Shown in pieces: positions 54,601 to 64,000 of a stretch of 64,000 bases of DNA. The DNA is from Perkinsus chesapeaki ATCC PRA-425 (lineage: Eukaryota; Protista; Perkinsozoa), in contig JAAPAO010000026.1 in NCBI GenBank assembly GCA_013115145.1, positions 1 to 64,000 on the forward strand. Direction: 5' to 3'. Every line of letters begins with the position of its first letter. The first letter of the stretch is position 1. Position numbers and translations under genes: made by a program. Below the pieces are notes generated by a model. The model did not search any database. It saw nothing but the letters and a program-made list of their open reading frames with translations, and had not been told where the DNA came from.

Positions 54601-57600
54601 AAACCTGTACACATGACATGTCAATTTTAACCACTGTTGTGTATCCTTAAAGTCTAGATCTCCCAACAGCCAGGTATCCAAGACTTACCTATTCGGTAGG
54701 TTCTTCTGATTCGGCTTAATACACCTGATAAAGTGTGGGTTAGTCTCCTTTAATACTGTCATCAATGACGATAACTGTTCCCTAAATTCGCCTGCTACAG
54801 TGTATCTGAAAGATATCTTAATCCAACTTCAAACATCCAACCTCCCTCACAGTTTTTGTCTCTTCCTCGGCGGCGGTGCCCCTCCTCCAGCGGCCATCGA
54901 TGGTAGGCTCATATTAGAGTCCGATCGGAAGGTACGAAGACCCCTCTATAATATAAGTAACACTATTAACCGTTATATATTACCCTAAGTTCCTTATTAG
55001 TAGCCAAAGCTGTTACCAAGTCATTGGACATTGCATCCCTATTCTTATCTAGGAATTGCTCACAGGAATACTCTACTGGACCAGCAAAATGGCTAACCTA
55101 AGATAACATACTCCACCACCACCAACACTTCTTTGCTCCTACTATAAATGAGACCTTCTTTTGTTTAACAACTTCAAACATTCTCCTACTACGATGATTC
55201 AAGTTCTTCAAGTCCACTTCTCCTTTCTTTGTATGTGAATGTGACTTTGCTATTTTACCAAAGTAATTATCATCACTTCCCCCAACTACCTACAATACAA
55301 CACTACTAATACAAGCCTAATGAGCCTAATGACGTAATAGAAAATACCATGCCACGCATTCTTGCGAAATACCGCCTTCCGCAACTTGAAAAGCTAGGGT
55401 TACCGGTATGATGTCACGCTCTTAACGGACTCTAGGGAGACCTCCTTTTCGTGTGAGTGAGAAAATGAGCCTCAAAAGTTGCCTTGAATGCCTCCTCTGT
55501 ATTCTGGCTCTTTATCCCTCCTCCCCTATTATTACTTTACATTCTTCATCTAATAATGTTAACAAGCCATTTGGCCGTCCATCCAACAGAGCTATACCTA
55601 ATTCCTCAACTTACTGCTTACACCCTAGACCAAGTACTTACTGGCTTGATTATCAGGATAATCAAGAACAACTGATTCCCAATGTATGCCATCCTTGTGA
55701 TAGACTTGTTGTTCATGATTGAATACATAGTCAACAAAGAAGCCTTGTAGCCTCTCATTAGCATAATTAATACCTTATACCACTTTACCCATCCTTACTA
55801 CTACCAACAACAATATCCTTACATAACTGTTCAAATGTGTTGTTTCTATAGTATTCGAATCCAAATATATCAAGTACTCCACAGAACAATGACCCATCAT
55901 CAGTGAAGTCCGCCAACGAGGACGCAACACCTATCACATAATAGCCATACACCTCTTTCCATCCATTCCCATCCCAGCTACAAGAAATATACAGTTCATG
56001 GTATAGCTGTAATCGGTTCATGAAAACCCAGCTTTCGTGGAATTCGCCCAATTAAAGTTTTTTTTGCTTCCCTCCAGCCCCCTAACATCGCCATACTTAT
56101 CCTACTTTGTCGTCTACATCGCTCATTGGTCGACGGGGTTGATGTAACACAGGCTGAATTAGTCTTAACAACTACTCTAGTAAATACCAAACCATACAGG
56201 AACCTTGCTAAAGCATCACGCTGTTCAATAGCCTTCTCAACAGGTAATGGTATAACTGAATAACAACAGCAGAAACATCAACAATAGCCTTTCCAGCCCT
56301 CCTCTTCCCTCTCCTACCACAATGATCATCAACAGCGTTATAAGACTTGGAACAAAGGGACCTCTCCATCAACTCAGAGTCCAACTCCAATAAATCACAA
56401 GCCTATCAACAATGACTTACTCTTCTACTACATTATTACCATTTGTAATTCATCTTTATTGATAACTATAGATGATTCACTATCACCATCAGGTGCTGCA
56501 AACTCTACGTTACCCAACCCTACTTCAACATCCTCATTAACATCCATTCTACTTTATTACTTAATATAGCTGCAGCCATTCTAAATATATGTTCAATACC
56601 ATCCTTACCATATCCGATAACCGTCATGGCATGAACCGTCCCTAAAATGCTATATAGCCTCTTCCTAAGCATTATCGTTACTCTCAAAGCCTTCAAGATC
56701 TTCACCATGAGATAGCTTATGGACAGCTGTATCCCTTGTTAAATAGGAAAAACTGCATAAAGACTACACACCCTCCTACCTGCCCTCCACACTACTACCA
56801 AGCATGGTCTGATAACCCCCTTAGCTCTATATCCATCTTCTTAGTCCCTTCCGCGCCGCCGAGGATTTGTGGGTATGTGTATATGCCTAAGTAAATCCAT
56901 CCACACGTATCCAACTCAATCATTCTTTACATTTCTCCTCCCCATCGCCATCTCTCATCCTCCTACTAACTGCCGCAGCGGCGCATATTTGATAGAAAAT
57001 GTGGAAGTTCCGTTCGCCCTGTATTTGATTTGTTACCCTTATCTTCTCCAAAAGGTAACTATAATGACCACCACTATTTCACCCAAGCCATCTCCTATTA
57101 CTATTACGTCTCTATCCTAGCCCCCTTCAGCTTCAAATGATCCTTTTCACCATCAAATTGAAGCTGTATAAACTTACCAAATCTAGAAGAGTTATCATTC
57201 CTCAGTGTGCCTATGAGGCCACATTAATATGATAACCCCTACGAAGGACACTACATGCATTGCCGAATGCTTCCAATAGAGGATTGGACTCGAGGACCTG
57301 TCTGTTGATATCACCTTTAAATGCTCTACCACAAGCTGATAAGAATTGCATCACCTGCAACACTAATAAAACCCTCTATACTTTATCCTATCTTACCAAT
57401 TTGGTGGTTTCTGTCTTTCCTGCACCAGACTCCCCACTTATCAATATAGATTGGGATACCCCCTGCCTTACTGATGATTCACCACACATACCCTAATAAC
57501 ATGATAATACAATACCAACAACCATATGCTAACTACTCTATAAGCCTGTAATGCTGTAGAGAAGACGTGGGGAGTGTGGACCAGATCATCTGCATCTTTG

Positions 57601-58349
57601 AGGAATCTAAAGGTCCAGCATAGGTAGCTTAGGAGCTTATGTGGTCATCTTTACTTATCAACAACGTGCTTCTCATATAGACCTGGTATAGCTTTAAATG
57701 GGTTAACTGCCAGAAGTATTGGGCCACACATTGTATATAGCTCATCTCTATTAAAGCGATTCTAATAAATACAATGTCGACCATTATATTGTTAAGTGCT
57801 GCCCACTTGTAAGACTTGTAGTAAGGCAGGCTCATGAAGGTGCTTTAATGAGGTAAGGTCATCGACATCTTCCCTACCATATGCCCTTGATACAGGATAA
57901 CTAATAACAACGGTATATCCTAATAATAACACTGAGACCTCCTCACATTGGGCAATCCTTAGGGATGGTTACTTCAACATCATTTTTCTCCTAAATAACA
58001 TGACTTAACACCATATACAATATTAAATGTGATATTACTGTATTATTAGTCTGGTTAAGTCTAATAATTATTGAATTATTCTCATCGATTCCAATAACCT
58101 GATACCAACTTTTCCACAAAAATACATTTGAATACCCTCCCCTACCTCACCAACCTCCCATGCATCATCATTATCAACAGGTACCCATACGGTACTACCA
58201 ATCTCAAATGATGCTATACTATTCTTTAAAGGTGTTGATGACCATTCCCTTCCATATGCCTTCTTATGTTGCCTAGGTGTATGTTTATTATACTGGCCTC
58301 TAGGTCTGGTATCATGATGATGATGCCTCTTACTACGTCTATGTAGCAT
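51690..58349 (-). CDS. Myosin (motor + IQ motifs + tail)
   Basis: N-terminal SH3-like VWVP..DDAWE, P-loop [44 protein letters not shown]...[16 protein letters not shown] and IQ-like CQIQAVWRG. The tail end is uncertain. Confidence 0.93.
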
Positions 58350-58540
58350 TTATTATCAAAATACTATCATATGTCAAGAGTCAGCACTATACAGTATCTA
58401 ATCATGCGCTGTCAACTGCTTTTACAAGGGCTTCGCTCCGCTGTCAATAAATCAGCGCTCGCCTGAGACTGCGCATTTTCCCATTTTGCCTTCCTTCCAC
58501 CGGCCACCGGTTCTTCCCTACTACCACTTCGAACATAATA

Positions 58541-59077
58541 ATGTATACCCTCTCTATAATAACCGTCTTAACCATTCTACCAGTCTCATATAGCACTGCT
58601 ACGACTGATGGTAGGATACCAGTCGCTGGCCGCATATATCAAGGCACATACTCGAGCCCCCGAAATGGTAATAACCTAACTACCGTGGTAACCTTTGCCG
58701 ATAATGACTATGCGCTTAAAATGGACTTCTGGCGTCAGAACGAGCTTAACGTTGAGGACGGTACTCCTCGTATGAGTGCGCACTTTGATTTTAAAGCCAC
58801 TAATATCAAACCTGATAATAAACGTAAAGGGGCACCGAATGTATTTGTGCTCAGCCAAGAACTGTCCCCGACGAGGGTTGAATTGCTAAAGAGTCGACTC
58901 GGTAAGAGTAGATCGGATGTGATCAAAGAGTTCAACGAAAAGTTTGGGGATATACTCCACGCACAGGAAGATGACTTCAAGGAGTTGTTATATGAGCCAC
59001 ATCTAAGAGAAGCTAAGAGTGATAGAGTGGTGATGAGAATAAATGATAATGTATTGTATTTAGTAAGGTGTGATTGA
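58541..59077 (+). CDS. Intronless secreted protein, tandem copy 1
   Basis: 178-aa ORF with a signal-peptide-like start MYTLSIITVLTILPVSYS and the ending LYLVRCD. Confidence 0.8.
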   Translation: MYTLSIITVLTILPVSYSTATTDGRIPVAGRIYQGTYSSPRNGNNLTTVVTFADNDYALKMDFWRQNELNVEDGTPRMSAHFDFKATNIKPDNKRKGAPNVFVLSQELSPTRVELLKSRLGKSRSDVIKEFNEKFGDILHAQEDDFKELLYEPHLREAKSDRVVMRINDNVLYLVRCD

Positions 59078-59205
59078 ACATGTTGAGATAATCCGCTGTT
59101 GTTGTTATCCTTTGCTCCCTATTGTGTTATACAACTCTATTAAGTATCTTAACAGTATCACTAAATTCATACATTAAGGCCAAGGATCAGCTTTTTACCA
59201 CTGTA

Positions 59206-59685
59206 ATGTATACCCTCTCTATATTAATAACCATCTTGACTATCCTACCAATCTCATATAGCATTGCTACTACTGGTGACAGAAGGCCATTCGCTGGCCA
59301 CAGATACAATGGGACTTATCAGGTTGGAGATAAGGATATGTCTATTATGATAGGGTTCGATACTGCTGGAGGTGCAGTTAAGATAGATTTCTGGCATGGA
59401 CAGCTGCCTAGTATTGATTATAATGAACCTGATATGAGTTGCTTCTTCGCCTGTACTCTCCTCCACAGTCACAATCCAAAGGTTATCGAGTTACGGGAGA
59501 GGAGAGGTTGGCAGGATAGATATAAGATGGAACAGTTTAACAATAAATTCGGGAGTATACTTGTAGCGGGACCAAATGACTTCAATAAGCTATTATATGA
59601 GCCATCACTACCAAGAATGCCTAAAAGTGATAGAATACGTCTTGACATAGACGGTAATGTATTGGATCTAGTAAGGTGTGATTAA
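59206..59685 (+). CDS. Intronless secreted protein, tandem copy 2
   Basis: MYTLSILITILTILPISYS...LLYEP.L...KSDR...LDLVRCD. The 3' flank also resembles that of copy 1. Confidence 0.8.
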   Translation: MYTLSILITILTILPISYSIATTGDRRPFAGHRYNGTYQVGDKDMSIMIGFDTAGGAVKIDFWHGQLPSIDYNEPDMSCFFACTLLHSHNPKVIELRERRGWQDRYKMEQFNNKFGSILVAGPNDFNKLLYEPSLPRMPKSDRIRLDIDGNVLDLVRCD

Positions 59686-59999
59686 GCATGTTAAGATGTC
59701 CTTGTTGTTGTCCTTCCGCCATTGTTGTGTTATATCATTTATTAATGCAATGTGTATGGTTTGAAGTAGCATGGTGGACATTGTCATTATCCATCAAATG
59801 AGTGTCAAATCAGTGAGCTGAAAGCTCGTCACTGCGTTAATTGTTCCGCTTTAATAGTATCCTTGTTGTACCACTCCAAGCATAAGTATATAATGATACT
59901 AATCGAACTCAACATATCTTATATGAATAACATCACTCATGAATGAACGCTCATAAGCATGATAAGTTAACTCTGACATAGTCAACCACTAATGGGTCA

Positions 60000-62580
60000 A
60001 GTATCCCTAACCTTCCTATATTGTTGTACTATCATTGGTTGCTGCATTATATATCCTCCATACGGAGGTGTTGGCTGTGGGCCATGTGATGCCTGCACAG
60101 TATATTCATTAAACTGTGACATTAATCAATTACCAAAGGTAGCCTTGAAACTGAACTGTAGTGTAGTTGGGGAACAGCTGGTACGGAAGGCGGTGCCTGA
60201 ATTCATTTTATCACATACGCTTATAAAGCCCGTACTGTCTGTCTATATGCAGGATGTACGCCCACATGAACTGAAGACATCTGACACAATAAGCTCATTT
60301 TACAGTGCAATATCAAGTATCGTTACGCTAGAGACGAGTGTGGCACTCGGAAGGCCTATCTGATTGACAGCTGGATGCTGGTGAGGGCCGGAGGTGTTCT
60401 TATCAACCTATAGAAAATCTTATGAAGTCGACATATGGATATCTAAAACCTGTTTGGTTTGATTAACTCTAGTAGTAATTGGACCATTATCAACCCTCCT
60501 TATAGATGTAAACATATTACCAACACTAGGTATACGGTAGACCGTTGGTGGCTGCAACACCACCACCGATATACCCCCAAGCCCGTACATCTCTCATACC
60601 TGAGGGAGCCCTAGATCCCTGGATGTCCTCGCTCCTCCGTCATCATACGTTCTTGATCTTTCAACAGCCTGAAGAAGAGCCCACGAGTTGTCACGAAGAA
60701 GTGGCCTTCCAAGTGCCGGCGAAGATGATAAAAGTATCACATTCCTTTGGAGACATCATCCATCCCCTTACTGGCATATCGATAATCTTCGGCTTTTCCA
60801 CTATCACCACCTTCGCCGCCTCAGGTTGCTGTGGCTCTGGGCTCTTTAAACACCTCTCCCGCGAGCGGGCCTCCTCCTTCCCATTATTCCCCTCCTCCTT
60901 CCCATTATTCCCCTCCTCTTTCCCATTATTCCCCTCCTCTTTCCCATTATTCCCCTCCTCCTTGCCATCATTGCCCTCCAGCACAGTTACTTCACTTGCC
61001 GGTCTAGCTATTTCTGTATTATCGGATTTCGCTGGGCTACTTGCAGCATTAATTCGTTCCATCTCCTACTATCACAGTTAATGATCCCAATAACCACCCC
61101 CTCTCACATCTCACCTTTTCTGCTAGTATCATATCCCTAGCTTCACGATTGTGTTTCTCAACATACGACATAACTGCCTCCAGTGCCTTGTCGAATTCGG
61201 ATTTCTCACCGATTGGCTTCGGCATCTCCTCAACAGCAACTGGACCCTTCAAAGGGCCCTTCTTCCTTGGCGTATGCTTCTTAGGACTTTTATCCTCTCT
61301 AACATCAGCCCGAGGTGTCTTCTCTTTAGGAGGGGTTAGTGAGGAGAGTGGTATGGTCCAAGATACAGGTGCTGCTGCTGGAGGTGTGGTAGAGATGACC
61401 TATCACCACATCCGAAGATCCACCCGAACTCATTCCCCCGGGGAGCGTGATAGGAGCTATGTTCTTAGCGGGAAGATGACCATTAAATATAAGAATGAGG
61501 ATTCCCTTTGAGCCTAGTACACAACTGCAGGATGCGTGGCTACCTGTGAGCTGGGCAGCGGCGGCGGCGGTGTTGTTGTTGCAGATGGCTTGGTAAAACG
61601 AGGAGATGGTCCAACAACGATCTTTTCAGCCTATAATTCACCATCCAACTAACTTTTCTTCATTACCTCCTTTCCCCTTGACAATTCCTGCTCACACTCC
61701 TCCAACACTTCCTTCGATAGCCTAATGTATCCTGTTCACCCTCTCCCCTATACATATATGTCTACTTTTGATCATCCATAAACTTTTTTTCTGCCTCCTT
61801 ATAATGCTTTATCTCCTTATTAAGTGCCAACAGCTGAGCTTCATACTCCTTCATTAACATATCCTTCTCCATCTTGTGCTGTATAGAGTAAATACCACTA
61901 AACCATGGCCAGTGTACCCACTTTCGCCTTAGTCAATTTGATCCATTCCTTAACCTTCCCTAATCTCCCTATATAAGTCTCCCGTTGATCCTGACCATCC
62001 CCTCTTCCCTGCCTCCTACTACTCCACACCTACCTCCCATTTGTTCCTCGACGCTCTGAGCTCTTTCAGCTCCCCGCGTAGCTGCTGATTTCGATCATTA
62101 ACCGACGCCACCTATACGTTACAAAGTCCTTATTATTGATATCAATACTACCATTTCAAACGTAATCTCATTAGCAATGTCTGTTGAGTAACCCTATTAC
62201 CTCTGTCTCCAGTTTCTTAACTTTGAACGCTAATGCCACACACCTCCTACATGTCCCATCTTCTTGATTACTAATCATATCTAATAGTACCCTACCACCC
62301 TACCCATCACAACAGTATTACCCATAGCTTCAGTATGTGGCAAATGAGAGCGTATAGCACTCAAAGCCTTCCTAATCCTTAAAGTCAATATCTACCAATG
62401 AGCTCGAGAAGATTCATACCAAGCCCACCAACCTCTGGCGAGGATGTCGTATCATTCTCGAGTGTCTCATTCCTGACTGGTGTCTCTGGTACTACCTTAA
62501 CAGATCGAGGAACAGGGGAACGCGAAGTCATAGAAAAGGCAATGTCCTGATGAAAGATTGAGTTAGCACTAACCAAAGCA
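60000..62580 (-). CDS. Coiled-coil / low-complexity hypothetical protein
   Basis: Open charged exons (62385-62576, 61049-61252, 60691-61062). The ends are approximate. Confidence 0.5.
60871..60980 (-). repeat. 21-bp coding tandem repeat (GNNGKEE)n
   Basis: CTCCT(C/T)CTTCCCATTATTCCC repeated about five times in frame. Confidence 0.9.
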
Positions 62581-62639
62581 GCACTTCAAGGAGCATACAC
62601 AACGAGAACAACAGACATATTCATGTCGACTGTGATGGT

Positions 62640-64000
62640 CATCATTACTTCTTCTTTTTACCACCCTTCTTTCCTTTACTACCCTTCTTCCCTTTACTTG
62701 CCCCTAATGCCTACCAACAGCTATCCTATACCCCCCATTCTGACTACTGCTAGATACTCTACCTGTTCCAATGCTTCTAATGTAGTAGGTGAGCATCGTT
62801 CTGTCACTAATACCTCCTTAACGTGTGATAACCCTATCAAACCCTGTACTATACGTTGAGCACCGAAATCAGTGAAGAAATTGCCACTTAAATCGTATCT
62901 ATTACCGCCACTTTACCCAACCACCACCTTCTACTACTACCGTTCAATAGAGGTGCACGTCTGAAATGTAGCCATTATTTCTGACAGCACTTGCTCTCTT
63001 TCTTCTATTTTATTATCAGCCACATTCACCACCTTGCAACATCAGCTGTAAAATGCACCCCTTCCCCTATACTCCTCTACTTTGAGTTTTTTCGCTCGGC
63101 GTCCGCCTCGAGATAACAACTCCACCAGCCCTTCTGCGAGAAGCCTGTTGCCCCGTAGATTGAGATCTTCAATAATACTATAATACAGACAAATAAGACC
63201 AAGGCATGCGAGAGTAAGCCTACCAATTAACAAACATTAGTATTAAGGAGAGATACTGGGCACCATCGGGGCCTATGTCGCAGTACTGAAGGCTAAGGCC
63301 TCGTATAGAGCCATTCTGGGATAAACCTGCTGTACACATGCAGGTTAAAGCAGCAGCACTATGAGGCTAGGCACTACCTTCTGCTAGTGCTTCAACCCCA
63401 GCGGAACCGAATTTATTATGATCCAGTCTCAGCAAGGAGATGGACTTGTAACCATTATGGCCGAGACTGCGCCCCAGTATAGAGCACCCAAGACCTGACA
63501 AGAGCCATTGATAAGACAACTGATGATAGGGGGTTTACTGCTTATGAGGCCGTCTGTTATTTGAAGATCTTCAATAATACATCCACCGAACTGATAACAA
63601 TATAACGGGACGGATTGGTGATGATGCCTACCTTGGGGTCAGCGGGCATATCAAGATAGTTACACACACTCCTCACACCTTCATCACCCATAACACACTT
63701 CCATAACCTTAACGCTTTAAACTTATTGTAGTTGGACTGCCTCAATGCCTAACCAACCGGGAGCGAACAATGAGCAAGAGAAGGACGAGGATGCCCAGAG
63801 ACTACGTACCTCGCAGGTGATCCTAAATGACATTATATCCTGAGGACCGTGGAAATTCCAAGCCGGCAACTCTTCCCTGAAAATCGGCTCAACCGGTCTA
63901 ATCCGCCAGACCAGTCGGTTACTACCCTTCCTCTAGTATTGTGCTGATGATTGCCTCTAATTGAGGGAACCTAGGTAGTTCAAAGTCCTTCTGTAATTTC
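62640..64000 (-). CDS. Leucine-rich repeat (RI/RanGAP-like) protein, 5' part outside the window
   Basis: LRLWKCVMGDEG, LRLDHNKFGSAG, LSLQYCDIGPDGA, LNLRGNRLLAEG and DLSGNFFTDFGA, with a Lys-rich C-terminus. Confidence 0.82.

Overview
Gene-dense, intron-rich eukaryotic DNA with short AT-rich GT-AG introns and many CTA/TAA/CAG microsatellites. It looks most like the alveolate Perkinsus; this is inferred from sequence style and gene content, not proven. Bases 1-17.3 kb hold three tandem minus-strand paralogues of a multi-pass membrane transporter-like gene. The middle copy is split by two insertions. One is a ~6 kb DNA transposon with ~175-bp terminal inverted repeats, carrying two divergent, decayed transposases: a Chapaev-type one with a RAG1-like N-terminal zinc motif, and a hAT-type one. 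The other is a ~2 kb hairpin-rich insert. The rest of the window is housekeeping and hypothetical genes: RPL17, HRD1, Rpp21-like, ODF3-like, AP-2 sigma, CSN7, Rab11, a RING-H2 protein, a PX protein, CenH3 with a very long tail, a calpain, two DUF1757-like paralogues, a Ubc4/5 E2, myosin, two intronless secreted paralogues and an LRR protein. An unexplained, strongly foldable 222-nt GC-rich element lies at 50995-51216. One assembly gap spans 18570-18668. Exon joins were made by eye, so gene ends are approximate unless stated.
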